DNA of 64,000 bases from the human T2T-CHM13v2.0 reference genome, Homo sapiens. The stretch lies in NCBI RefSeq assembly GCF_009914755.1, contig NC_060935.1; one strand, given 5' to 3'. Position 1 is the stretch's first letter. Every line of letters starts with the position of its first letter. Of the stretch, positions 13,271 through 27,960 are shown one piece after another. The notes below the pieces were generated by a model, which searched no databases, was not told the origin of the DNA, and saw only the letters and a program-made list of their open reading frames with translations. The position numbers and the translations under genes were made by a program.

Positions 13271-13529
13271 CACCATTCATCTTGCTTTTCATCATCAACG
13301 TCATCATCACCACCATGTCATATTTACCAGTAATCTCAGGGAAAGGTCCCTGCTCTCCAAGCAAGTAGGTCACTTTATACCTAGTAACTCCTGTTTCCTC
13401 ATGGTGCAAATATAGCTCATTAGAATCAGGCTACTCGAACTCTTCCCACCCTACCTTACTGCTTTCCTTCTTTACATATATGTATCAAATGCATCATGTG
13501 ATCCTTGCTGAGATCATAAATGGGGGTTT

Positions 13530-13930
13530 GGGGATAGCTAGATGTAAATTTAAGGACAGTTGGGAATATTTTAATATAGAACTGTATGCAAGATAAAGTT
13601 ATTGTGTTAATATTAAATTATTTGGGCATGATAGTAGTATTACAGTTCTAAAGGAAAGAGTCTTTGTTCTTAAAGATACATGCTGAAATTCTCAGAGTGA
13701 ATTGACATGATGTCTGTTACTTACTTTCAAATAGTTTTCTTTAAAAAAAAAAAGGAAAGAGAGGCTTCTGTGTGTGCGCCTCTACATACATTACATAAAG
13801 AAAGATAAAGCAAATGTGGCAAAATGTTACCAACTGATGAGTCTGGGTGAGGAGTCTATAGGTGGTCATTACACTAGTTTCTACACTTTTCTGTAGGTTT
13901 GAAAGTTTTCAGAACACATGTTGAGAAAAG
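13530..13930 (+). mobile_element. L1ME 3' UTR fragment
   Basis: agatacatgctgaa...gataaagcaaatgtggcaaaatgtta...tctgggtga...cttttctgtaggtttgaaa. Confidence 0.75.
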
Positions 13931-14038
13931 TATGTTTTGAATCACTTGGATGTTACTCAGTTTTTATTTCATACCTCTTCTTTCCTTAAAACCCCAATCC
14001 CTCCCTGCTATACTAACCTCAGGAGGCAACTTTCTCCT

Positions 14039-14190
14039 TGTATTCAGTCAGGATGGGCTAAGTTATGATGCAATAACAATCTGAAAATATCAGTAACTTA
14101 AACCATCAAAAGTTTCTATCTCACTCATGCTACGTGGCCATTTCAGATCAGTGGGAGTTTAAAGCCATCTTTGTGAACATCTAATGTACC
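14039..14190 (-). mobile_element. MLT1K-like LTR fragment
   Basis: tgtattcagtcaggatgggctaagttatgatgcaataacaa. Confidence 0.6.
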
Positions 14191-14269
14191 TCGTTCTCAC
14201 CTCATAAAAGCTTTGTGTCTGAGTGGACTTTTTTCCATTATTTTCAAAGAAAGAGGTTTCTTTTCTCTC

Positions 14270-15700
14270 ATTTAAAGATAACTGCTTCACGTGAACTCTG
14301 GACCCCTGCTCCTTCTGGGATTTTTCTTCCACAAGGTGTACCTCATTCCTCCATCTTTTACCACTTCAGCCTCCTTCTCTCCATGTGTTCCAATCTCTGT
14401 ATCTCAGAAAGTCCTATCTTTGATCCTATTATAACTCCTAATTTCCTCTCTTCCTGTTTCCTGGTGAACTCTTTAAGCTGATGGCCTTTGCTAATGTCTC
14501 CACCTCTGACATCCCAATCTCATTTTTCATACAAGCTGACATTTGTTTCCAACAAATACAGACATACCTTTTTTTATGGCACTTCACTTCATTGCACTTT
14601 GCAGATATTGTGTTTTTTACAAAATAAAAATTTGTGTCAATACTGTGTGTAGCAAGTCTACAGGTGCCATTTTTCCAACAGCACGTGCTCACTCCAAGTT
14701 TCTGTGTTGATATTTTTCAGCAATGAAGTATTTTTCAACTAAGATACATACATTTCTTAGATATAATGCTGTTGCACATTTAATAGACTACAGTATGGTA
14801 TAAACATAACTTTTGTATATACTGGGAAACCAAAAAAAAGTGTAAGTTGCTTTATTGTGATTTTTTTGTTTTATTGGGATGGTCTGGAACAAAATCCACA
14901 ATATCTCTGAGGTATACCTACAACCATTTTAGCTCTCCACTCCATTATCCTTGATCTCTGCAGTATGGCACTATTGATCATTCCCTCACTCTTGATATTC
15001 ATTCCTACTTTCATCTGTGTATACCTGATTTGGGGGGTTCTCCTCCTATCCTCTGAGATTACACTTTATCTGTCTTCCTTAATGCTTTGTTTCTCTCCTG
15101 CCTTCTTACTTGTGAGGATTCTCCAAGGACTTTTCTTTAGTGCTTCTCCTTGGGCCTCTCTGCCCAATTCTTCTGAGAGCTGACTGTCACCTACAGTACA
15201 TCTCTCCAGCCCTGGCCTTGTCCTTGCTATTTTAACCTCACCATCACCACTGCTTATATGATTTTCCTGTTTGAGTGACTGGCCATCACCTCCAATGAAC
15301 TCATTCAAACTTAAAATCATCACACTTCCTTTTTCCAAACACTTCATGTTTCTCCCTCAATACACCATGTTTCTTCCAGTTTCCTAGACTGATAGAATCT
15401 TATCGGATCTTCTGATATTTTATTCTTCTTCATTCCCCATTTTCATTTCTAATATTCCAAGGCTCTATGATTTTCCCTCAAATGAACCCTTTCCTTGTTC
15501 ATCTTGCAATGCAGGCTGTTATGAACATAGCTTAGATCACAGAGAGCTCTGACTTGGGCTTTGTACTTCCTGTTCTTGATTCCCTCCAAGCTGCCCTTCC
15601 ACCTGCTATAAATCAAAACTTCTTCCATGACAATCCCCTATTAGGAACCAGCTGACGGAAGCATCATAGCTAGACTCCCTAGCTTTGAATATAATTTGGC
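14270..15700 (+). mobile_element. Degraded L2 body, interrupted by Tigger1
   Basis: Pyrimidine-rich L2 ORF-like relic (ttgatctctgcagtatggcactattgatcattccctc). Confidence 0.5.
14559..14920 (+). mobile_element. Internally deleted Tigger1 (both ends retained)
   Basis: 5' cagacatacctttttttatggcacttcac and 3' caatatctctgaggtatacct match Tigger1 termini; TA on the left side. Confidence 0.85.
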
Positions 15701-16544
15701 TTCATCCAACTACTCACTGACTCTACATCTACAGCCTTCCAGGTAAGCCATCCTAGTTTAATTCCAGCCTCTTTCTCTAGAAATGCTCTAATTCTTCTAT
15801 TCTGGCTTTTTTCTTCCTCTTCACTCCTCTCCTTGCTTTATTCCCACACTTTCCCTTTTTCCTTCATTATTTTTCCCCAAGTTTTTCTTCCCTCTCCCTT
15901 CTCTGTTCCTTCTTTCCCCTTCATTCTTCTTGTCCTCTTTTCCTCTTTTTTTTCCTGCATTTCTTTAGCCTTTAAGACTTTATTCAGTTCCTACCTTCTC
16001 CATGAAAGTGCCTCTCAGTGTTCAGGTTCATGCTGAAGTTTTCCTCATCTCACTGTGACTAGAGTCAGTCTCAAACAGTCTGCTAGTGAATTATTTAATA
16101 TATGTTATTCTTTTCTTTCCAATTAACTCATGATCTCTTTGAAGTGCTACATGGAAACTACTACAGTGCTGGGCACATGACTTTGGTCAGCAGAAACTTA
16201 GGAGTTGATTAGTTGATTTCTCCAAGATCTAATGAAAATTTTTAGTTGTGTTTTTTATTCTCTTACCCCAGGAAGAATTACACCTTGAAATTTCTGAAAA
16301 AAAAAATATTTTTTCCTCTTTAATTCCATATGGAGTAATTTGGTCCCAGAAAGAGCAGCTGGTGATATTAAAGTTCCAGGCCAACCCATTCCCTTGGAAC
16401 ATCTACATCTATATTATGACACAGTTATCTTATCCTATACTATAGAAATTGTTACATTGTTTTTATGCCTTTTCATACTTGCCATTCCCATAATTTCCAT
16501 CTTTGCCTTTATACTTTATGAATAATAGCACTTTATAAATAATA

Positions 16545-16745
16545 GTGCTTTCATTTACATTAGCTCATTTAATCCCCTGCACAATTATTTTAGGGCTGAT
16601 GATATCACTAGATTGATATTATCGTTATCCTGCAAAACTGACAGTGGAGCTCAAAGAACTTCCATTGGCTCAAGATCATACAAAAAAGAACTCAATCCTA
16701 TTTTGTTTTTGTTAAATTGATTCAAAGCCCTTTGCTCCTTCCATC
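16545..16745 (-). mobile_element. MIR fragment
   Basis: cattagctcatttaatcc...ggctcaagatcatac. Confidence 0.55.
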
Positions 16746-17159
16746 ACTTGAAGTCCATTCTGATCCACATGCCCTTTCCCTGGGCTTGCAGTTTCCCTTC
16801 GCCAAATAATTTATTGCATGGCAGTGTAATCCTTAATTTACAAATATGTCTATCCAATAGCAAAACTGTGAGTTTACTGAGAGTAGAGACCAGATTTTAT
16901 TTTTTATTTTCAATGAATAGCAAATGACATGTTTAGTGAATGCCTGAATTAAGACATCAGTGAATAAATGAATGGGAGAGGATTATGACTTGTCCTGTCC
17001 ACCTCATAGAGAACTTAGCACAGACTCCACACAGATGCTATGCTCTCCATGGTACATTGTACATGATTGTAAGAAAATCTAAAACTCCCTTTCTCTTAAA
17101 TCTCCTTACCTATCCCCTTCTCCAATGTCCTCAAAAGCACACATTCCACTGATGTCTAT

Positions 17160-17365
17160 GATGTAGTGTAGTGGTTACAGCTTAGACAGACTTGGGTTTA
17201 CATCTTTCTTCTGCTGATTATTAGCTATCTGACGGGCTGTGAATAATCTCCTAAGCTTCAATGTTCTCATCTGTAAAGTGGACATAATAATAGTAAAAAA
17301 TGATGGAGTGGTGAGAATTCAATGCCATAATTTATTTGAAGTCCCTAGCAAAGAACCTGGAACAT
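17160..17365 (+). mobile_element. MIR (target of the L1PA7/8 insertion)
   Basis: ttctcatctgtaaagtgg...ctagcaaagaacctggaacat; remainder resumes after 19299. Confidence 0.7.
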
Positions 17366-19283
<1,918 letters not shown>

Positions 19284-20149
19284 AAAGAACCTGGAACATA
19301 ATAATTTGTTCCATGAAAGTGGACAACTACTTTTCTGTGGAAAGGTGATCAAGGTACTTCAGGACTCACTTGGGCTATAGCATAAGGCTCACTGAGTAGC
19401 ATGTTTTCAGCTTCAAATCTGCAAAGATCTTTCCTTGGCCAAACTAAAGTAGAAGATGTAGACAGTGATCCAGTCATGTTACCCCTAAACTCTACTTTCC
19501 TCTGAATAATTCTGAGAAATGGTGGGTTGAGGTCAGTCTGGTGGTTTTCTTTGAATCTTACACAGATTTGGAACAAGGGGTTAGTTGCCATTTATCTTTG
19601 GATAATGGGGCCTTCCTACCCCCTCCCCATCTACCTCTTGCTGCACTGTCTTTCCAGAGTGGATGCAATGCAGTATGTGTGTGGCTATGTGTGTGTGCAC
19701 ACACATGATTGCGTGAGTGTGCATGATGCTTCCTTCCTTAATGGACTGAGCTGCTACCAGGTGTCCAGAGGCAGTAAAATAAAGCATCACTGTTGGGTAC
19801 TGCTGAAGCGCATTTAGCACATATGTAAATTCATCTCCTGGGGCAGAAAGCCGCATAAATAGAGTTAACATCACATTAATGCTGTTTATCACCAAATGCA
19901 GGGCTTTGGATTTAGGGGAAAGATGAGCCATGTCTCCATACAAATTATCTCAGCTTTACCAGATCTCTGGCAAAAGACAGTGCCTGCTTCCTTCATCTCA
20001 AAGCAGTGCTCCAACCAGTCTATTTTATAGGCGAGCAAACTGAGGTCTAATGAGGACAAACTACACACAAATCTAGTTTTGAGCAGAGATTGGAGGAGAG
20101 CTAGAAAGGGCTGTGGCCAATGTCTTGCACTCATGTTAAATTGGAAAGA

Positions 20150-20420
20150 GATTGATCTTTGGCATCAGAAAAAAATGATGTAGGATCAAATTGTAACTCT
20201 ATGGGTGTGTGAACTTGGACAAACTTTATTTTCTCTTCTGTACAATAAGGACCATGATACCTCTCAGGGTAATTTAATTATTCATCCATATTACATATGT
20301 TTATTGCAGATATATTATGCACCTGGCTCTGATATTGTAAGAATTAGGTGATATTATAGATGATCATTTGACCAAATGCAGGACATATGGTGGATACTCA
20401 ATAAATGTTCTCCTTTCCTA
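20150..20420 (+). mobile_element. MIR with embedded L2 end
   Basis: gtgtgaacttggacaaa...ctcaataaatgtt. Confidence 0.5.
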
Positions 20421-22884
20421 TCAAGACTTGCAGCACTGACTGACTTTTCTCCAGGAAGAATTCACCTACCCACCTTTGGGAATGGGTCAAATGTGGAGTA
20501 TTTGCAGACTGACTTCATTCCCTGTATCCCCTCTCCCTCTCCACTCCCAGAAACTTTCCCTCAGGGCTCTTGGAACCAGAATACCGTAGTAACTCTGACA
20601 GATGATCTTTGAGGGGAGACAAATGTCTGACACTCCAGGTCCTAAGTGACAGCACAAGGATATTCAAAGTGATCCTGCTCATACTAGATAAAGGCGACTT
20701 GTCAAGGGGGACAGGTTGTTTTCAGCATCAGCTCAGGGGAAGCCTGACAAGTGAATAGTTCTACTCATTCTTGGACCAGGCCTGTGGCCTTCCTTAAAGG
20801 TGAGAAAGATGCCAGGGTCACAGGGAGACAGAATGGTTTGGACACAGGTCATCTGGGAGGGAGGATCAGCTAAAGGGAAGGATACTTGGGCAGTGGACCC
20901 AATTCACTCAGTCCTCGTGAGTGCTCACTCTCACTGCATCCTTTGCGTGTACCTCACCCTTTGCTCTGAGTGCCTTCTCCACTATGGCCCCAAGGATGAC
21001 CCTCTGTCCTCTCCTATCTCCCTCTCAATGGCATCCATTTCTGACTCTTGTTAGCGCTCTGCTTCTCTTTCCATTGTGGCCTTAGCCATGGCAACGAATG
21101 CAGGGAAATATAACAACATAATCCTCTTCACACCATTCAGTCCCCAAAGGTCCTTATTCAGAGTTCTCCATTTATCTGGTCATTAGATCTAATTAAATCC
21201 CTCCAAATTAAAGCACTGATGAGTGGCACCACTTTCTCTCACCAATTAAAGTAGAGGAGATTAAAGAATTCCCTTGACACTTGGTCCTTGTGAGGGTGGT
21301 AGCAGGGGAAGAGACAGAAACACAGAAGACTGTCCTTTATCTTCGAAGACAGTGTTGATGTAATGTGGGCTCCTGCCATGAAAACGGACGCTTTGTGTGG
21401 CTTTTCCAGCTGTGGTCGTAAATGTCCATTAAGTAGTCTCTTGTCCCTTGTAGAAATATTTCTCTTTCCAAAGATAGCGTGAACAGCTTAAACAAAGGAT
21501 ATCTAAGATAAGATAACTAAGTAGAAAACAAAAAGGGAAGTTGGGAATGGAGAAAAAGGGAGTTAACCAATATATTAATCCAAAAGATTAATTAACACAT
21601 TCGTGGTAATTAGTACAGACTCTGATTGGAGCTTCCTAGTAGCTAAAGCAAAAAAGGAAACTATCCCCTATTCTTAGGGGATTAAAAAAAAAAGTTCTGA
21701 TTCTAAATCCTGAGAATAACTTCCCATGTGGCACTTCATTTAGGAGACATTGGGTGATAGGCAACGTTTTCAATAATACTGCTTAATATTCAATATCTTA
21801 CATGTAATATGTGATGTTCTGGGTGTCTAGGGTTTTGGAACAGTGCTAGCTTCTTTGAAGGGTTAATTTGCCCATGTAGGACTCAAATAGTGACCTCAGC
21901 TTTATTAGGACACTATTCAGGCCAACCCAGCTCACTGAATCAAGCAGAGAAGAGGGAAACGCCATGGACACCAACACCACATCTGACTCCCCAGCAAGGT
22001 CCTTTGGAAGAAGTACCCCTACGTTTTGTCCCTCTGAAAACAGGCCCATCTTTTCTACCCTGCCCCACTGATGTGCTTGGCTCATGGAGACAGTCATCAG
22101 ACAGAAAGCGGGGTTCAGCACTCTGAGGACAGAGGCAGGCTTCAGGCTCATCCCCTGGAAATCGTCTCAGCATAGTCTGTCTCTCTTCATCAGAGCATTA
22201 TTGAACCAGACCTTGTTTTCATCCCTTTTCTCCTGGCATTCCAGGATCTTATTTTTGGAGGGCATGCATGAAAATATTCTTTTCAGCCTTCTCTACTACT
22301 CAAAGTAGAATACATCCTTGTGTGGTTGAGAGGATTTGAAGGCACTGGGGTATGAAGGCAGAGGAACAGGTGAGATGATCTCAGTGCACTAACCCTGATG
22401 TCTGTTCCTTAAGGGGAGCCAGGCTTCCACTCAAACACAGGCCCACAGGGAAGCATGCTCCTACCAAAGAGGATTCTTTAGTGTACAACTTCCTCTGTTC
22501 TCATCCTAGGCTCCTTCAATGGACTCCAAGACAGAGCCTTGGGTTCAGTCAGGGGCAAGCCCATGCCCTACACAACCCACTCCCACCCCCCCCCCCACCC
22601 CATTCTGGGCACTCATAGCTCTTCCTCTGGGTCTCTCCATCTCCAGACCAACTCAAACAGCTGTGTCTTTAAGATGCTTCCAGATAAGAACCCCCCGCCC
22701 CTTTGCCCTTGACTCAACAAAGTTTGCATTCAAGATCCTTCTAAAGAATGACCTTCTTTCTTTTCTTGTGTTCCTGTCTGCAATACTTGCCCCCCACTTC
22801 TGGGCTTGGCTTCTCACCCCAGGACCCTGGATTTCTCTCTGCACTTTGGACTAGTTCTTTGTTCCTCTTCATGTCATCCACTGG

Positions 22885-23315
22885 TATGATGGTTAATTTT
22901 ATGTGTCAGCTTGACTAGGACACAGGGTACCCAGACATTTGACTAAACATTATTTCTGGGTGTGTCTGTGGGATTGTTTACAGATAAGATTAGCATTTGA
23001 ATCAGGGGACTGAGTAAAGTAGATTGCCTTCCCCAGTGGGGGTGAGGATTATCCTATCTGTTGAGGGCCTAAGTAGAACAAAAGGTGGAAGAAGGGAGAA
23101 TTTCTTCTCTCTGCCTGACTGAGTTTAGACATCTCTTGTCTGCTCCTATCCTCAGACTGAAACTTACACCATTCACTCTCCTGATTCTCAGGCCTTTGGG
23201 TTTCGTCTGGACTACATCATCAACTTTCCTGGGTCTCCAGCTTAAGACGGCAGATCGCATGACTTCTCAGCCTCCATAATCATGAGAGCTAATTTCCTCA
23301 CCCATCTCTCTCTCT
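22885..23315 (+). mobile_element. MLT2B-type ERVL LTR, 3' end missing
   Basis: tatgatggttaattttatgtgtcagcttgact...gacttctcagcctccataatcatgagagct; stops at the (TC)n tract without the terminal ...gactaataca. Confidence 0.85.
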
Positions 23316-24112
23316 ACGGCCCTCAGTTGGCCTACCAAAGTGAGGCAGGTAATGCCTCTACTGCTCTTGAAACTGCTTCCCGGAAACTGATCAAAACGTG
23401 AAGCTCAGCAGTTTCTCTCCTTACTGACCAAACCCTGCAGAAGCCCCAGCACTATTGTACCAGAGCATGTTCCATGTTTCTGAGTTTCAGTCTGGGGCTG
23501 TTTGCACGCTGTGGCAGCTGCCACCTGTTCACTATCACTAAGGGCAGAGAGAAGGCACAACATGGAAATGCAGAGAAAAAGAACATTTGTAAAACCTGCC
23601 CTTGACTATTGTTACTCCAGGTGTACTCTCCATTTCCATCTAAAGTCCTGCAAAACTTCTTGTTTAGTCCTTCGGACACAGTTGTTTCTTTTCATTGTGA
23701 TTTCAGTGGAGAATCTGAAAAAGGCCGTTGTGAAGCAAGATGTGAAGGAGGCGGCTGCTAGTCATGATTTTCCTGAACCAAACTGCATACAGCGTATTTG
23801 GTTATCCGCCGGGACGGTAACCCTGGCAGCCACTCCTTGTGTGTCCTTCGGAGGAGGGCTCCTTACATTCTCCATGGCTTCATTAATAAACTGGCTGGAG
23901 GCTCATTTTGTGTATGAGGACGTAATGAGACTGCGCATGCCGAGTGTTGTGGCGTGGTCCTTGTCCCACTGAAAGGTGCTCCCTGGAGGTCAGCCTCATT
24001 TCTCCTTCCCCCTTTCGCCCTTTCCCTTTTTCCTTCCCCATCTCTTGCTTTTTCCCTTCTTGACTCAAGCCCGAGCTCCTGCAAGGCGTGGAGAGAAGCC
24101 TGCGCTGCCAGT

Positions 24113-24147
24113 TGCAGTAGGAGCATCATCTCCAAAGGGGGCGCTCT
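24113..24147 (+). promoter_or_regulatory. Candidate CTCF site (core plus upstream motif)
   Basis: AGGGGGCGCT core with TGCAGT 23 bp upstream of the core A; 5' half of the core is a poor match. Confidence 0.4.
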
Positions 24148-24999
24148 AACATCAGGAAACAGGCCTTCAGGGACCTTGACTGTGTCTATGAGGACTGTGC
24201 GCTGGTACCTATGGCTGGACATTTAAAAAATGGCTTTTCTGAAATCTTTGCCTTGATATGCTATCAATTTTTCCAGATGCCTTTTCAATATCTGTCTACA
24301 GAACTGTATGAAATTATAGTAAGTCCTACAGCTGGGGGGATGACGATATGACAGACATCTCTGGCTTGGATGAAAGAAGCTGGCGACATACTTCTGGCAG
24401 TGGGTCCGCTCTGGGGGACTGCCAAGCTGCAAGCCTCCCAAATAGGGGACGCTGGGTGCACCTAAGTGGGAAGCTACCTGCACCTCTTGTCGCTGTCTTC
24501 CTTCCTCCAGGTCCGCCTTCAGGCAGGAGGCAGATCTAGGCTGTACGCTTTTAGGCAGCACAGGGTGAGAGGCTGGCCAGGGTTTGCCTCCCTCTGCTAG
24601 ACAGACCCCAGGGCCTTCAAGGTGGGACGAGGAGAGAATAAGGCCCTGAATAGCTTTTGTTAAGCTCTCCTGGACTGGAGAAAGCAGTTGTTAGGGGGGG
24701 CAAGAGGACAACACCTTTTCTAGAAATTAGAAACCTCAACTCATCAGCCTGTTGAGTGGTAGGAGGGAGGATCTTGCATCTCCAAAGGGCTCCTGACCAC
24801 TCATCTCATTCCATTTATTACCTTTCAGGGTGCACAGGGCACAGGGAGCACATTCCACTGAGTTCTTGAGAAAAAGGATATGAGAAAGGTGAATAGCGCC
24901 TGGCATGTAGGTGTCCCCCACGTGGGAATGAGTGAGTGAACGCAAGCATCTGAAACAAACTGAAAGCCTCCCTTCCTGTGGGGGTTTTCCCCTCTTTAA

Positions 25000-25350
25000 T
25001 TTATACAGATAAAAGGCTTATTTAATAGAGGGCTCTGAAGGCTGGGAAGTTCAAGGTCATGGCCCTGACTTCTGGCCAGGGCTTTTGCACTGCCTCATAA
25101 CATGGCAAAGAAGGTCAAAGGGTGGTAGATACTTGCTAAGAGGTAAAACTCCAGCAGCCTTCTGGAAGAAAAGAAAAAACAAAAAAACGAAAAAAAAAAA
25201 AACAAAAAAACCCAGCCACTCTCAGGGGAATGAATCTGTTCCTGTGGGAACTAATCCAGTCTGGCCACAGTGAGAATGCAATTCATTACTGCAAGGATGG
25301 CACAGTGCCACTCACAAGGCATCAGCTGCTATGACCCAAACACCTCTCCT
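25000..25350 (-). mobile_element. MST-type MaLR LTR fragment with internal A tract
   Basis: ggctgggaagttcaaggtcatgg...cataacatggcaaagaaggtcaaagg...atgacccaaacacctc. Confidence 0.7.
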
Positions 25351-26113
25351 GTGGGTCTTTATCTCTCTCCATGGGAGGACCTGGGCATTAAAAGGGAGGA
25401 TCTGCTAGGAGACAGCTTGGGAGGGCCAGAAGTGCTCCTGTGTCTGCAGAGGCCTGGGGAGGATGAGGGTGGCTGCACAGCAGCCTCAGGGATTATGGGG
25501 AGTGCTGCATCCTCTGATCCAGCGGCCCCCGTGTCCGGGCACAGGAGAGCCCACGAGGAGCAAGGTCCCAGGCATGTGTTACAACAACCTGCGGGTTGCT
25601 ATTTAACAGCACTTGTCATCTTGTCCGTTTTGTCCACCTGCCAAGCCTGTTTCCACCGAGCTCTCCAGAGTGGGAGGCTGCTGAGGCTCCCATCTGCGGC
25701 TGATAACAGACGGCCTTGCCTTGCGTGAAGCGCAGGAAGTTAAGAAGCTTTTCTTTGCTGTTGTGGAGAGACCTCTGGCTCGAGGCAGTGCTCTCCGAGG
25801 GCAGCGGAGATACTGTCAATTACAAGCCTGTCCTTCAAGGCTCGGGGCTGGGCTGCGACAGGCTGTCTGCAGTTGGATGTGTGCGCACATCTGGGAGAAG
25901 CCTTCGTGCTGGGAGCCCAGTGGGGTTTGGCACTGGGTGGGCCTGGGTGTTCCCTTTTTCCTTAACTCATTGTAAAGTAATCTGTCAAGATGACATCACC
26001 TTAGGGGAAAATTACATCCTATCAAGGTGATCCTGTTTAAGTGGGAGTCTATCTAATATATCTATCATATTAGTATGTCTGCCCCGATTATGCATACCTC
26101 TGACACCCTACCC

Positions 26114-26655
26114 CAGAGATTCCCACACTTGTTTGGTTCAGAGCATTGTTAGTCTATCAGTAGTTTTTCATGGTACCCTCATGACAAAAGAACTAACAGC
26201 TGCATTTTTTCAAATAGCTAGGGTCAAACAACTTTATAAGTATTAATGTCCCAATAACTTAATAGCCATTTGAAAACATTATGAACTGAAAGAAAAAACA
26301 TTTTTATTTTATTCCTAAACAATAATTATGTACGAATGGGCTGTGTGCACCTGTTGGGCACTGCACAACTTCTCAAATGTTGGACACCAACACTTTGTTT
26401 CACAATGATTTTTATGAAGGACTTGCTTCTTATCGCAGCAACCACAGAAAACACACCTTCAAAAAGATATGACCTAACAGACAGGAAATCGTGAGATCTA
26501 ATGTTGAAACTGTAAACTACTTTGAGTTAGTAATTTGCTCAATGTTTAGTGGAAGTTGAGTAGCTTTGTGTCTCTCTTCAAAAATTAACATATACTACAG
26601 GAATGTGAGTTCACTATGGTGACCCAGGATACCTTGTTACATGATTTGGGGACTG
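26114..26655 (+). mobile_element. MER119 (hAT-Charlie)
   Basis: gtgcacctgttgggcactgcacaacttctcaaa and gatctaatgttgaaactgt match MER119; termini cagagattccca / tttggggactg. Confidence 0.8.
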
Positions 26656-27019
26656 TAGCCCTACTCTATGCATTTATTGTATATTCTCATGTTTAAGGAA
26701 ATGGGGTGAACTAGAAGCCTGGTTGGGAGCAAAGAATGAGGAGATAAAAACTGCTGAGCTTAACCTACATCTTAACATTCTCAGGGCACATTCTCAGGTT
26801 GTGCTCTTTCCTAGTAAGAGTCATGAAGCTGGAGTCTTTCCTGGGAGTGTTGAAGACAGATTGTATTGGGCAGGATGAGGCATTTCCATGAGTTGGAGGG
26901 CTGGGTCCATAGAGTCATGCCTAGTATTTTCTGATCAGTTTTCCTCCAACTATTCGAGATCCATTTTCCTGGCTTCCTTCCTTCCTTCTTCAACAACTGT
27001 GTATTGTGGTTCTTCCCGT

Positions 27020-27210
27020 GTGAGCATAGTACAGTGATGAAAAGCAGGACTCAGGAGCAAGACTGCCATCTGCTACCTGTGTGGCTTTGAGAGTATCTGA
27101 CCTCTGTGCTTCAAATTCTATATCTGTGAAATGGGTTTAATAAGATGGTGCACCTCATTGGCTTGCTATGTGATTGAAATGATCCAGTGGAGATTAGAAC
27201 ACTGTTTGCC
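27020..27210 (+). mobile_element. MIR
   Basis: gtacagtgatgaaaagcaggactcagg...atctgtgaaatggg. Confidence 0.6.
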
Positions 27211-27214
27211 GTGA

Positions 27215-27960
27215 TTCTGAGTGAGCAACTGAGCAAATAACTGTGACAAAACAGACATGGTCTCTGCTTTTACCTGGCTTACAGTCCAGGGGCAAAGAAA
27301 AATATCAAACCAGTATTTGGCCACACAGTTAACTGATTACAATTCTGATGTGTGTTTCAAAGAAGTGTAGTATTCTATGGGAGTATGTAATATGAGGATT
27401 TAACTTAGATGGAGGCAGGGGAAATGGTGTCTCATAATCCTTCCCAGAGTAAACAATGTTTAAGTCAGGACTCAAAAAAGTTAAATAGGAGTGATTTCAG
27501 CTGAGATCTAGTGGGTGAAGCAGGTCTAGAAGAGTGTCCCAAACAGAAGGAACACGATGACAAAGACCTTGACTCTCTGGCTAGTGGTCAAGAACAAGGA
27601 TGAGAGAGTTAGACAGGGTCAAAATCATGCAGGGTCTTGGTAGTCCTTGCTAAGGAATCTTTAAGTTTTCTTCCCAAGAATGACGAGACAGCATCAGAGG
27701 TTTTTGAGCAGAGGAATGGCATGATGTTATGTCTTGTAAAAGGTCATTTTGGCTGTTGGCTGAAGACTAGGCTCCAGTGGGCAAGAAGGAAAATGAAAAG
27801 ACCAGTGAGGAGCTTATTTGTAAATCCTTTGGGGGAGATGAGAAGTGACTCTGTATGGTGGCAGTAGAGAAGAGGACAGATTTGAGAGATAATTTGGAGG
27901 TAGGAGAGATCTGGTGGCTTGACTGTGAAGAGACAAGGGAAACCAGGCAAATGCCCAGGA
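27215..27960 (-). mobile_element. L2 fragment
   Basis: acagacatggtctctgc...ttttgagcagaggaatggcatgat...gaccagtgaggag. Confidence 0.65.

Noticed and set aside
23863-24561. Minus-strand ORFs as a processed pseudogene
   Set aside because: No recognisable parent protein, no poly-A or TSD
26045-26090. Possible displaced 3' end of the MLT2B LTR (would imply a 2.7-kb insertion)
   Set aside because: Only vague tctatc/tattagt similarity; terminal gactaataca absent
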